NCBI GenBank assembly: GCA_964486045.1 | Contig: CAZALK010000007.1 | Coordinates: 64,001 to 128,000, forward strand | DNA from: an uncultured archaeon | GTDB lineage: Archaea > Asgardarchaeota > Lokiarchaeia > Sigyniarchaeales > SOKP01 | Direction of reading: 5' to 3' | Length of the DNA stretch: 64,000 bases | Notes under the pieces: model-generated | Databases searched by the model: none | Told to the model about the DNA's origin: nothing | What the model saw: the letters and a program-made list of their open reading frames with translations, nothing else | Position numbers and translations under genes: made by a program | Part shown: positions 20,507 to 30,356 of the stretch, piece after piece | Numbering within the stretch: the stretch's first letter is position 1 | How the letters are laid out: each line of letters starts with the position of its first letter

Positions 20507-21517
20507 CTATCTAGTCACCTCAGGGGTTTTAGCTTCAGAAACAGATTTTCCGCGAAACATATAATCTCGGCTGATTGCTAATAGAAATAGTATCATCGAA
20601 ATGATAGACATCGTTAATCCAACGGGATCAATTGTAATACCAGGCTGAGGAACTTCAAGGGCAAAAGCTATCCCGAATAAAATCCAAACAAAAGACATAA
20701 AGAAAACAGCTAGTCCTGGTATAATAGTTCTTATGATCCATCCTGTTTGCAAATTCCTTGTGTCGGAAAAACTTGTATACACAATTGAGAACAATCCTAC
20801 TACTCCAAATATCAGTGTCAAAATACTAAATATGTCGATAATAAGCCAAATCGGTCCACTTTTTGCAAATAAGTTAAGGAAAGGTACCATTACCCCTAAA
20901 CCGCTTGCATCAAACAAACCAAATGTCACTATTGGATCTCCTACGACAGGCGCGATACCAAGTAAACTTAGAAGTCCACTTTGATTACCCGTGAAAAATC
21001 CAAAAATTCCCGCAAGAGGTAAAATTATACCCAATGTAAATCCTAAAATTACACAAACACTTGCAAACCAGAATTCAGCTGCTTTTGTGTTTTTTACAGG
21101 AATAAGGCCGATTTCATCTACAGTTTGATCGGGGATGAAACTCCAACAGTCTTGAATAGTACATACTCCCACAAGTTTTTTATCCTTAATCACAGGTACT
21201 ACATTTACATTTAAATCTCGCATTCTGTTAAATGCATCAGTAACAGGTGTTTCTAATGTGACTGGGCTAATTTTATACATTGTTGATAGAACCTTTTCAG
21301 TTTTTGTATCAGTGCCTTCAGCAACATCATTCTTAACGATATCAAAATCAGCTATAACACCAAGCACTTCTTGAGTTGATTCTTCAATAACAACCAAATC
21401 TGGTACCCCTATTTCTTTCATTTTCTTAGCGGCTTCTTGAATTGTTGCATTTGAGTCAATTACACCATATTCATCGTCGATGACAAGATCTTTTACTATA
21501 TACTCTTTTATTGTCAT
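20507..21517 (-). CDS. CBS-pair domain fused to about 4 TM helices
   Basis: ATIQEAAKKM..DLVVI..LGVIADFDI and VVPVIKDKKLVGVCT CBS motifs; hydrophobic C-half. Confidence 0.8.
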   Translation of the reverse strand: MTIKEYIVKDLVIDDEYGVIDSNATIQEAAKKMKEIGVPDLVVIEESTQEVLGVIADFDIVKNDVAEGTDTKTEKVLSTMYKISPVTLETPVTDAFNRMRDLNVNVVPVIKDKKLVGVCTIQDCWSFIPDQTVDEIGLIPVKNTKAAEFWFASVCVILGFTLGIILPLAGIFGFFTGNQSGLLSLLGIAPVVGDPIVTFGLFDASGLGVMVPFLNLFAKSGPIWLIIDIFSILTLIFGVVGLFSIVYTSFSDTRNLQTGWIIRTIIPGLAVFFMSFVWILFGIAFALEVPQPGITIDPVGLTMSIISMILFLLAISRDYMFRGKSVSEAKTPEVTR

Positions 21518-21890
21518 GTATTATGCATCTCATTTTTTTTTTTTTGTTAAATCATTTTCTATGAATCATACACAATATAATATATATAAATGTTTTTGTT
21601 AATCTGAATGACTCAAGGAAAAAATAAGTTTCTTAAAAATTGGTCTATATATCCTTTAAATAATCCATTTAGTAACTTAGTTATTCTACTTTAAAAATTG
21701 AAGTATTTATTTGTGTTGCTAATCCAAAAGTGTATAAAAAAAGAAAGTTAAAAGAATCTTTTAGGGACTTAAAAAAAGAAATTTTTGCTTTATGTTGAAG
21801 AATAAATATATAAAATCATTAAAAACCCCGTTTTTTCGATACTTAGAATAGATTTTTAATTCTACTTTTATAGTTTCCAAGATAATAGTT

Positions 21891-21914
21891 TTAGTTCACT
21901 ATTTAATGCACTTA
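21891..21914. repeat. Palindromic site C
   Basis: TTAGTTCA-ctatttaa-TGCACTTA, 11 bp beyond the stop of 21926..22492. Confidence 0.65.
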
Positions 21915-21925
21915 GCTAATTTCTT

Positions 21926-22492
21926 TTAAGATTTGAAAAAATGAGGTTTAACATTCAAGATTATCTCACAATCACAGTGTCCACCTAAATGCTCACATAA
22001 TTCAAGAAATTGTTTCTGAGTCTTTTTGTCAACACCTAAATGTGCTAAAATCCTTTTAGACGATTCATGCCCATGGCAATTTGACCCAAAACGAGTTAAA
22101 TTAATGCCATATTCCCCCTCTAATAAGTTAAAGAATTGGTTAATCTCAACTCTCGTTAGTTCTAAATTTTCTTCCAATTTTCTGAAGTAGACCCGAGTAT
22201 GATTACAACCTATGCATATCCACTGTTCTAAATCAGGGATGAAAATCATGTCTCTATCGCTCCTTCCGCAAAATGAACATGTGCAAATCGACCTGCGATT
22301 TAACAATTTTAATTGCGTAATTTTTTTTTTGACTTCATCAAACTTCTTATCATCTCTACCAAAATAGTAATCACGTTCATCCACAAGAGAAATGTGAATG
22401 TCAGTAAGCCATAGTTTTAAAATGGTCCCCAATGCGTTCCTAGTCTTTCTAAGCCGAGGATCTTTTATTATGATAGCCCGTTCTTTCTTCAT
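21926..22492 (-). CDS. Zn-finger protein with DUF2695-like C-terminus
   Basis: CSFC..WICIGC; C-terminal CHGH...LGGHCDCEIILNV; N-half paralogous to 11624..12001. Confidence 0.7.
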   Translation of the reverse strand: MKKERAIIIKDPRLRKTRNALGTILKLWLTDIHISLVDERDYYFGRDDKKFDEVKKKITQLKLLNRRSICTCSFCGRSDRDMIFIPDLEQWICIGCNHTRVYFRKLEENLELTRVEINQFFNLLEGEYGINLTRFGSNCHGHESSKRILAHLGVDKKTQKQFLELCEHLGGHCDCEIILNVKPHFFKS

Positions 22493-22643
22493 AACTTATC
22501 TAAAAATAAAAAAATTGATTAATATTTAAAGTTTAACCGTATCCTTTAAATTACCTAGTCTCTAATTTAGTTATTCCTCTTAGCTTTTAGCTTCTCAATT
22601 CAGAAAAGAGAATAGAAGACTAGGTTATAACTCAGAAATACAA

Positions 22644-23441
22644 TTAGAATAAATCTAATAAAGAGCTAAAGGAATCAACTACCATAGAGGGCTTAATTCG
22701 AGATTTATCGGATTTATAATATTGCCCTTTCCCCGTCCTTACTAATATCCCTTTAATACCCGCATTAATAGCTCCATGAATATCAGATTCAGGATCATCA
22801 CCAATTACAAGTACTTCGTCTGACTTAAGACCGATTTTTTTTAAAGCTTGTAGGAAATATTCTTTTGAAGGTTTACCAACAATTTTAGGATCGACATTTG
22901 CTGCATAGGCAATCAACTGGACAAATGATCCTGTATCCATTACAGGTTCTCCATCGCGATCAAGGTAATATTTATTACCCTGAGTTCCAATGAGCGTCGC
23001 CCCTTTTAAAACATATTTAAATGCTTGATTTAACCGATTCATATCCCAATTGTCATGAAAATCTCCTATTATGACAAAATCGGGTATTTCTGAATCATCA
23101 TTTTTAATTTTAGGAAAATTTTTAAATTCTTTTTCAACTTCTGCGGTTGTAACAAAGAATGATTGCTTTTCTCGGTGTTTGTTTAAAAATTCTTTTAATG
23201 TTATGATTGGAGTGAAAATCTCGTCCTTGTTTATTGTAAATCCATAATCCAATAAAATTTTTAGAACTGTTTGGGGAGATTTACTGTCTGTATTTGTGAA
23301 AAAAAGAAATTTTAAACCTAATTGGCGTAGTTTTTTGAGTGTTTCGACAGCTCCAGGAATAGGATTTCCTTTGAAATAAAGAGTTCCGTCTATATCTGCT
23401 AATATTCCCTTAATATTGGAAAATTTAATTACCTTAACCAT
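22644..23441 (-). CDS. HAD-IIA hydrolase (LHPP/HDHD2-like)
   Basis: DIDGTL, FFTN, GKPS, IGDD.ESDI.GA, LVRTGK. Confidence 0.9.
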   Translation of the reverse strand: MVKVIKFSNIKGILADIDGTLYFKGNPIPGAVETLKKLRQLGLKFLFFTNTDSKSPQTVLKILLDYGFTINKDEIFTPIITLKEFLNKHREKQSFFVTTAEVEKEFKNFPKIKNDDSEIPDFVIIGDFHDNWDMNRLNQAFKYVLKGATLIGTQGNKYYLDRDGEPVMDTGSFVQLIAYAANVDPKIVGKPSKEYFLQALKKIGLKSDEVLVIGDDPESDIHGAINAGIKGILVRTGKGQYYKSDKSRIKPSMVVDSFSSLLDLF

Positions 23442-23477
23442 TATTCCATATTAAAAAACTGTATTTTGATATCTTCT

Positions 23478-24332
23478 CTAATTATTTGAAGAAAATAAAC
23501 GTTTCAAATTTATAAAACTTTCATAAGCTTTCTCTCGTGGACGAACTTCAATACATAAATCCATAACTTTAGATATATTCAATTTCCTTAAGAAATACTC
23601 AAAATCAATAATGCCAGAACCAATTACCTTATGAGATTTTCCATAAGAGTCAATATCATGCAGATGAATTTGCTTTATTGAATTTATGTTAGAAACAAAA
23701 AAGTTCTCTATTTTATCATCTTTTTGAAGAGAGGGATTATAGGTTTTTGCTAAATCCCAACAAAGATATATCTTCTGCTGTTTTAAATAGGGCTGCAAAA
23801 CTTCAAATACTAATGATTCAAAGCGATAATTTTCTATACAAATAACAAATCTATTACTAGCGTGGGTTAAAAGATTCTCTAAATTTTTTTTTAGTGTATT
23901 TTTATAGATAGTGAGATCTTCTTGGGGTAAATTTGATACATAATCGTTATCAGTTGAAAATTTAGTGATATTACCAAGATGGATGGTGATTAATTTTGAC
24001 CCAATTTTCTCAGCAAAACTAAAAAGTTCTCTGTAATATGCAAAAATTCCCTTTTTTAGGTGTTTATTGATCGTAAATAATGAAGTTATTGCGTCAGGTC
24101 CATGAATTGAGATGAATAACTTATGTTTCTTACAAAACTGCTTTACTTCAGAACATAACCTATCAGAGTAGTGCTCAAATGATAAGTGGGGTGTTTCAAT
24201 AGCTAATTGAATTCCAGCAAATCCACTGTTTTTAGCATAATTTAACGCTTCTAAAATAGTATTATCGTAGACGGCATGAAAACTGATTTTTTTTATAATT
24301 TCATTCAAAATTTGTACTTTCATGCAAATCAA
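23478..24332 (-). CDS. Sugar phosphate isomerase/epimerase-family TIM barrel
   Basis: SIHGP, TIHLG, CIEN, WDLAK, IHLHD...H..IGSG.IDF, IEV. Confidence 0.8.
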   Translation of the reverse strand: MICMKVQILNEIIKKISFHAVYDNTILEALNYAKNSGFAGIQLAIETPHLSFEHYSDRLCSEVKQFCKKHKLFISIHGPDAITSLFTINKHLKKGIFAYYRELFSFAEKIGSKLITIHLGNITKFSTDNDYVSNLPQEDLTIYKNTLKKNLENLLTHASNRFVICIENYRFESLVFEVLQPYLKQQKIYLCWDLAKTYNPSLQKDDKIENFFVSNINSIKQIHLHDIDSYGKSHKVIGSGIIDFEYFLRKLNISKVMDLCIEVRPREKAYESFINLKRLFSSNN

Positions 24333-24348
24333 TCCAACTCCTATAATT

Positions 24349-24888
24349 TTATGAGACTTTAGATATGATATCTTCTACATTTATGAGGTTATGAACTTTT
24401 ATTGAATGTTCCTTCTCAAATTCTTCCAGGTTATCTGAAGTTCTGTCAATAAAAACAAAAAGGTTTTCCACATTTGCACCTTCTTCTCTCAGAGCATTTA
24501 TTGCAAAGAGTTTACTAAAACCACTCGATATTAAATCATCAACTAATAAAATTTTTTGGCCCTTTTTGATTTCTCCTTCAATCAATTTTTTGAGCCCATG
24601 CTTCTTTGGTTCTTTTCTTAAAATATAGAAGGGTTTGTGAAGTTGATTGGCAATTAAAATGCCAAAAGGGATGCCAGCAAGTGGGATCGCAACCACACCT
24701 TCAATTTCAGGGCAATTTTTATGTAAATATTTAACTGCAAATCTAATTATTTCTTCAAATGCTCCGGGAAAATTAGGAATGACTCGTAAATCAATATAAT
24801 ATTTTGATTTTTCTCCTGAAGCTAATGTAAAATCACCAAATTTTAGCGCACCTGTCTCTTCTAGAATTTTAATTATTCTTTGCTTAAT
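24349..24888 (-). CDS. pyrE: Orotate phosphoribosyltransferase; the frame extends far upstream of the ORF-track start but has no canonical start codon
   Basis: In-frame GALKFGDFTLASGEKSKYYIDLR upstream of 24696, then RKEPKKHG and LVDDLISSG; in-frame TAA at 24897-24895; first ATT at 24888. Confidence 0.9.
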   Translation of the reverse strand: MKQRIIKILEETGALKFGDFTLASGEKSKYYIDLRVIPNFPGAFEEIIRFAVKYLHKNCPEIEGVVAIPLAGIPFGILIANQLHKPFYILRKEPKKHGLKKLIEGEIKKGQKILLVDDLISSGFSKLFAINALREEGANVENLFVFIDRTSDNLEEFEKEHSIKVHNLINVEDIISKVS

Positions 24889-25075
24889 TTTGCTTTAACC
24901 TTCAAATTGAATTTATCAAGTTTTTTCATCTATTATGGGTATTTAGTATCATTTCTTATTAAAAATTATCAAATCTAACAATAAAAAATGGATAAATCTT
25001 CGTGAAAGACTTGTTTCACGAATCTGTTTTAGAATAAATGTTCCTTCCCAAAGATAAGAATGAAGGTTATTTAAT

Positions 25076-25870
25076 CTATTTCTCAATATTTCTTACTTTT
25101 AAAGGAGGTCTGGGAGGAGCTCGAGGATAATTTACAGCAGGATATCCGAGGGTCATAACACCTAATATGTAGCTTTTAATCCCGGTTAGTTTAACTCGGA
25201 TTTCGGAATTTTCCATAAGAACACCATGAGCATAACCTATCCAACAACTACCTAATCCCAAAGATTGAGCGCTTAGCATTCCAAATGTCATGGCAATAGT
25301 CGCATTCCTTGTATTCCATTGATTATTTGAGTAGAAGATCACTACAATAGGGGCATTGTAAAATATCGGATCAATTCCCAAGTTTCTTTTTGTAACTAAA
25401 TTAATATTAGGATTTTCTTGGGCAATGAAGTCAATAATAGAATCGGATAATATTTTTATTCTCGTATCATCTGAGATTATTAAACATTTTAAAGTTCGAA
25501 TATTAGCACCTGTACAAGCATATCGCATGGACTCCAGGACTTTATCGATTACATCCTTAGGAACTTTTTTGTTTTTATATTGACGAATTGATCTTTTTGC
25601 TCTTAAAAATGGATGTAAACTTTCATAAGATATCAATGTGGTTGGATCTTGATTTTTCTCAAAATCTAATGCTTCACCTTTCATATTTTGATATAAAATC
25701 GCATCTACAGGACAAACAGCTATGCAATGACCGCATAAGATACAACCTTTAGAATTATCGAACGAGATTTTATTCAACTGCTTATCCTCTCCAAAACATA
25801 AAGCAGGACAGTCTCTTATACATAGTTTGCATTGGGTGCATAAATCTAGATCTATTCCTGAAATAGGCAT
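25076..25870 (-). CDS. 4Fe-4S dicluster + nitroreductase fusion
   Basis: CTQCKLCIRDCP, CILCGHCIAVCP, KRSIRQY, LGSCWIG, LGYP. Confidence 0.9.
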   Translation of the reverse strand: MPISGIDLDLCTQCKLCIRDCPALCFGEDKQLNKISFDNSKGCILCGHCIAVCPVDAILYQNMKGEALDFEKNQDPTTLISYESLHPFLRAKRSIRQYKNKKVPKDVIDKVLESMRYACTGANIRTLKCLIISDDTRIKILSDSIIDFIAQENPNINLVTKRNLGIDPIFYNAPIVVIFYSNNQWNTRNATIAMTFGMLSAQSLGLGSCWIGYAHGVLMENSEIRVKLTGIKSYILGVMTLGYPAVNYPRAPPRPPLKVRNIEK

Positions 25871-25886
25871 AATTTTCTCTCTTTAT

Positions 25887-26663
25887 TTAAAAAATCTTTA
25901 ATTTTAAAGGTGGACGGGGTGCTGACCTCTTAAATGTGACTGTTGGATATCCTATAGTCATAATACCAGAAATTTTTGTTGATACACCAAGAATCTTTTT
26001 GGTTTTCTCTTTATTAGCAGCTAAAAATTTCTGTATACCCCCGATCCAACAAGACCCTAAACCCATTGTTTCAGCATATAACATTGCATATGTAATTGCT
26101 ATTGTAGCGTCAATTTCGCTAAATAAGCCCCTCGAATGGAGAATTATTAGATGAGGAGCGTTATGAAAAAAAGGATCTACACCGATTTCCCTACCTTTTT
26201 TAAGATTGTTTCTCTCTTCTCCAGAATATATTTCATCAATAAGAGAATCGATAAATTCTCCCATTTTCTGTTCACCGGAGATCAATATACATTTGAGAAT
26301 CCTCAGATTTATCGCAGTTGGTGCATATCTCACACTTTCAATTACTTTCTTAAGTGTTTCAATCGGAACTTCTTCCTTCTTATATTGTCTGATAGATCTT
26401 TTAGAAAGTATTAATTTAAACAGAGATTCAGGGGACACAGAATCATTGGGGTCTTCAAAGTCTATTGCAATATCTTTAAAACCATCATAATTTATTGCAT
26501 TTTCAGGACACACGGCTATACAATGACCGCACAAGATACATCTAGACCCTACAAAGCGAGTTTGGCCTAGTTCTTTATCCATAATATAGTTTCCAGTAGT
26601 GCACTCTTTAATACAAGCTTGACAGTTTGAGCATTTGTCAACGTTTATTCCTTTAATGGGCAT
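25887..26663 (-). CDS. 4Fe-4S dicluster + nitroreductase fusion (tandem paralog)
   Basis: Start MPIKG by analogy to MPISG; CILCGHCIAVCP, KRSIRQY, LGSCWIG. Confidence 0.9.
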   Translation of the reverse strand: MPIKGINVDKCSNCQACIKECTTGNYIMDKELGQTRFVGSRCILCGHCIAVCPENAINYDGFKDIAIDFEDPNDSVSPESLFKLILSKRSIRQYKKEEVPIETLKKVIESVRYAPTAINLRILKCILISGEQKMGEFIDSLIDEIYSGEERNNLKKGREIGVDPFFHNAPHLIILHSRGLFSEIDATIAITYAMLYAETMGLGSCWIGGIQKFLAANKEKTKKILGVSTKISGIMTIGYPTVTFKRSAPRPPLKLKIF

Positions 26664-26757
26664 GATATTACTGAAAAACAAGAAATCTATTTTTATTTTA
26701 TGGTTTGAGGGTTTTTATCGGAATTACCTAATTTTCACCCATAAGTTTAAAAAGGTG

Positions 26758-26797
26758 TATCGATTTCGATATATTAGAATATATCGATTTCGATATA
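26758..26797. promoter_or_regulatory. Two identical palindromic operator candidates TATCGATTTCGATATA, 24 bp apart, downstream of a TTTAAAAA TATA box
   Basis: Exact copies at 26758-26773 and 26782-26797, upstream of a PadR gene. Confidence 0.75.
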
Positions 26798-26821
26798 GTA
26801 ACATTATTTTGGTGATGAATT

Positions 26822-27442
26822 ATTTTTAGTACATATAGAAAAGGTACTCGAACGGGTTTAGAGATTTTAGTCTTAAAGATTATCCAAAATAATGGATCAG
26901 GAATTACTGGATATGATATTATTCAAAAGATAACTAGTAAACCCAGAGGTTTATGGAGAGGAACAGCAGGATCGATATACCCATTACTTAAAAATTTAGC
27001 AGATAAAAGTCTAGTGAGGATTGAGGAAATCTTTGATAATAAACGAGTTAAAAAGGAGTATTATATAACTGAAAAAGGTTCTAATGCACTTAAAGATGCT
27101 TTGAGTAAGAATATTTATCCCAGCATGCATTCATTTATGGATTCTATATTCACTCTTATTGGAGATATCCCGAGAGTCAAAAGAAATGTTGAAACAATGT
27201 TTTGTAGTTTCCCTCATCACAGACACATGGAAATTGATGAGAGTGATTTATCCCTGGATAATATTCAACACATACAAAACTTTATTAAAAGATTAGAAGC
27301 TTCAAAGAAAGAACTTAAACAAAGAATAGAAAGATTAGATGAGCAAATCGTAACACATCAGTCTTTATTAGTTAAACTTGAAAAAGAGCGCGAAAAAAAT
27401 TCTAAACCTATTGATATATTCGGTGAAGATATGTATTCTTGA
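26822..27442 (+). CDS. PadR-family regulator with C-terminal coiled coil (probable ATT start)
   Basis: Upstream in-frame LEILVLKII...GITGYDIIQKI...WRGTAGSIYPLLKNL continues into KKEYYITEKG. Confidence 0.85.
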   Translation: MFSTYRKGTRTGLEILVLKIIQNNGSGITGYDIIQKITSKPRGLWRGTAGSIYPLLKNLADKSLVRIEEIFDNKRVKKEYYITEKGSNALKDALSKNIYPSMHSFMDSIFTLIGDIPRVKRNVETMFCSFPHHRHMEIDESDLSLDNIQHIQNFIKRLEASKKELKQRIERLDEQIVTHQSLLVKLEKEREKNSKPIDIFGEDMYS

Positions 27443-27496
27443 TTTAAACCAAAAATTAATTTATAAAATTTTAAAAAAAAAGGAGGAAATAAAAAC

Positions 27497-28000
27497 ATGA
27501 GTAGTGAAGGTCCTCATGGACACGGTCAAGGTCATGGTCGTGGACATGGGGGAAGAGGAATGGCCGGTTGTTTTCCATTCAACCCTCAACAAATTCAAAA
27601 AATGAAAAGTATGGCTCATCATTTTATGAGGGGGTTTATGGGTAACCAAATACCTCACAATATAGAAGATCTTGGTGAGAGTTATTTAATAACTGTCCCA
27701 TTAGCAGGTCGGACTAAGGAAGAAGTTAAGGTTTCTTTAATTAATAAAAATCTTAATATTAAAGCTGAAAAACCAAAGATTCCTGAGAAAGAGAGTATAA
27801 AAGAAAAAGCAGAAGAAGAACAGTCTGCTAATGAATGTTGTACTCCAAATTTCGGGAAAGGTTTTACATTTATTGATGTAAACATGGATATTCCTTTACC
27901 GGCTGATGCAGACACAGATACAATTGTGTCTAAAATGGCTAATGGACTCTTAAAGATAACATTTGGTAAAAAACCAGCCAAAAATATTGACGTGAGTTAA
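27497..28000 (+). CDS. Hsp20/alpha-crystallin small heat shock protein with His/Gly-rich N-terminus
   Basis: YLITVPLAG.TKEEVKVS, IPLPADAD, KMANGLLKITF; strong AGGAGG SD. Confidence 0.85.
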   Translation: MSSEGPHGHGQGHGRGHGGRGMAGCFPFNPQQIQKMKSMAHHFMRGFMGNQIPHNIEDLGESYLITVPLAGRTKEEVKVSLINKNLNIKAEKPKIPEKESIKEKAEEEQSANECCTPNFGKGFTFIDVNMDIPLPADADTDTIVSKMANGLLKITFGKKPAKNIDVS

Positions 28001-28029
28001 TGTAAATTCAAAGTTTAGAATTTAAAAAC

Positions 28030-28098
28030 AGGCGCTTAGGATTTACAGCAATATTTTCCCACTCGGAGCAATATTGTATAAAATATGTCTAAGCACCC
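28030..28098 (-). other. About 70-nt imperfect stem-loop between convergent genes
   Basis: Minus strand GGTGCTTAG/CTAAGCGCC outer stem and CAATATT/AATATTG inner stem. Confidence 0.65.
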
Positions 28099-28158
28099 TA
28101 ATAACTAATTATTTTTTTTTATTTTTTAATTTATGCATTTTGCTGATTTGTTTATTTA

Positions 28159-28584
28159 TTAATACTCAAGAACTCCTGTGTGCATGATCAATTTCCAATC
28201 TTTACCGATCTTAGAATAAACTTTACAAGTTCTTCCCTTCCAATGATTTTGAATTCCATCTTTATCAATCCATAAGGTATCAATATCAACTACAGCAAAA
28301 GCCCCATCTTTTTCTTTTGAAATTTCAATTTTTTTAATTTCTCTATGATTATGTTCTAACCTATGTGTATTAAATAGGTCTAACCACCCTTCCTTCCAAC
28401 GATTATAATCATATCTGCCCCATTCTAAAACCCAATCCATCGGATCATGAGAATGAGGGGTTTTTGGCCAAGGTCATACCATATCCGGATGGAATATTGT
28501 CATCAACAAATCGACATCCTGAGTATCCCAGGCTTTGGTTTCCCTATTCACTATTTCCTCAATTTGGTTTTTTATTTCTTCCAT
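28159..28584 (-). pseudogene. NTF2/SnoaL-like protein interrupted by one in-frame TGA (28476-28474)
   Basis: MEEIKNQIEEIVNRETKAWDTQDVDLLMTIFHPDMV*PWPKTPHSHDPMDWVLEWG reads in one frame. Confidence 0.75.
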
Positions 28585-28643
28585 TTTGCTTACTTCATTT
28601 GTTGTATTTTCTGTTAAAATCCAAGCTTTTAGATGATAACTTT

Positions 28644-29459
28644 TCAGCTTTTAGAAAACCCTCCGTGATGAAATTCAATTTTAAAGTGAAGCTTCAATTT
28701 TTCACAATAAATTTTAATCTCTTCTTCAAGGACATCCCAATAACTTCTATCTTTTTGAATTTCTTTATATTTTGAAAGAAAATCGGGGTAATATTCTTTT
28801 ATTATTCTCATAATTCTATGAATATTATGAGGTCTGAAATTTAAGTTTTCAAAGCTATATTTATTTGTATAGTCAACCGTTTCTCTAATTATAGCTTTAA
28901 AGTCTGTAATTTCAGGAAAAAAAGGTGAAATAAAAATATACGTTTGAATACCACTTTCGTATATTTCTTTTATAGCTACAAATCGGTCCGAAGGTTTCGA
29001 TGCCCCCCGCTCTAAAATCCGGGCAAAATCATCATTTAATGTGCTGATTGAAATTCCTACTTCGATATTTTTGAATTTCTTAAATAAATCAATGTCCCTT
29101 ACTACTAACTTAGATTTAGTGAGAATTATAACTTCAGCACCAGTTCCAATAAGTTTTTCTAATATTTTTCGAGTGTTTTGATATTTTTTTTCCAAGGGTA
29201 GATATGGATCTGTTACAGAACTTAGTAAAATCCTCTTATCGTTATACCTTTGAGGTTTAATTTTATCTAACTCAAATTGTTTAATGTCTAAAAATTCCCC
29301 CCATTTGTCCCCTTTATGATTCGTAAATCTAATCATAAATTCAGCGTAACAATAGACGCAACCATGTTGACATCCTGTATATGGATTAATAACATAATCA
29401 ATCTGAGGAATATTACTTTTTGTTATAATACTCTTCGCTTCTCGAAAGTTTATTTTCAT
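28644..29459 (-). CDS. Radical SAM protein, spore photoproduct lyase-like family
   Basis: INPYTGCQHGCVYCYA, SSVTDPY.P.E, ILTKS.LV.RD. Confidence 0.9.
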   Translation of the reverse strand: MKINFREAKSIITKSNIPQIDYVINPYTGCQHGCVYCYAEFMIRFTNHKGDKWGEFLDIKQFELDKIKPQRYNDKRILLSSVTDPYLPLEKKYQNTRKILEKLIGTGAEVIILTKSKLVVRDIDLFKKFKNIEVGISISTLNDDFARILERGASKPSDRFVAIKEIYESGIQTYIFISPFFPEITDFKAIIRETVDYTNKYSFENLNFRPHNIHRIMRIIKEYYPDFLSKYKEIQKDRSYWDVLEEEIKIYCEKLKLHFKIEFHHGGFSKS

Positions 29460-29483
29460 CTTTTATTTTCTAAATTTCTTTAA

Positions 29484-30254
29484 TTAAACAGAATTCAAAG
29501 TATTTACAGCGATTTTAAATAGCGTTTGGAGATGTTCATCTGTTAAGTGAAAGTAAGGTTGCCACTCTCTTTCTCCTACATAATCACTTATTGTAAAAAT
29601 CGCCCCAACATCAACATCTAAAGTACTAGCTACTGTAAATACTGCTGAAGCTTCCATATCCACTGTTAACACCCCTTCTCTTTTATAATGGTCTATTTCT
29701 TTAAGTGTCTCTCGATAAGGGGCATCAGTTGTCCATGATGTACCTAAATTATATTCTACTCCCATTTTTTTAATTGTTTGCATAATTTTTTGATTTAAAA
29801 TTTGAGAAGGATAAGAATATTTCTCACACTGAAAATAATGATGAGAAGTCCCTTCGTCTCGAATAGCTCGTTCACAGAGGACAACATTCCCTATTTTTAA
29901 GTTTTTTTGTAGAGCTCCTGCGGTTCCAATAGAAATAAAAAATTTCACATCAAAAGCCGAAAGTTCCTCCAACAAGATTGCTGCGATGGGTGCGCCTATA
30001 CCAAAATTACCACATATCCCAATATTTCCTTGAGTTTGTTCCAATATGTAGAATTCTCCAAAAACATCCTTTATTTTTTGTACGGGATAATTTTTTATTA
30101 TGTGAGTCATTAAACTAGGTTGAAAAGTAAAAATTACTCCTTTAGGAGGGGTGATTTCGGGATATCTTCCAATTTCTTTTTTATATTTCCAAAAATCCTT
30201 TCCATTGATTATCGAAGTTTCATCATATTTATCTGGAAAATTTGGGAAAGTCAT
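29484..30254 (-). CDS. Nucleoside phosphorylase (PNP/UDP family)
   Basis: GIGAP..A..LEEL, IGTAG, AIRDEGTSHHY, WTTDAPYRET, VDME. Confidence 0.9.
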   Translation of the reverse strand: MTFPNFPDKYDETSIINGKDFWKYKKEIGRYPEITPPKGVIFTFQPSLMTHIIKNYPVQKIKDVFGEFYILEQTQGNIGICGNFGIGAPIAAILLEELSAFDVKFFISIGTAGALQKNLKIGNVVLCERAIRDEGTSHHYFQCEKYSYPSQILNQKIMQTIKKMGVEYNLGTSWTTDAPYRETLKEIDHYKREGVLTVDMEASAVFTVASTLDVDVGAIFTISDYVGEREWQPYFHLTDEHLQTLFKIAVNTLNSV

Positions 30255-30356
30255 GTTATATAATTTTGCTTATTATTTTTAAAACTTTTAGAAATTGATT
30301 TAGGAAGGGTAAATGACTAATAAATAAAATCTAAAATAAAAAAAAATATAGAAAAC

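Noticed and set aside
28030-28584. Selenoprotein: in-frame TGA plus a 3' hairpin acting as SECIS
   Set aside because: The context suggests Trp rather than a catalytic Cys, and the hairpin lacks the AUGA/GA core
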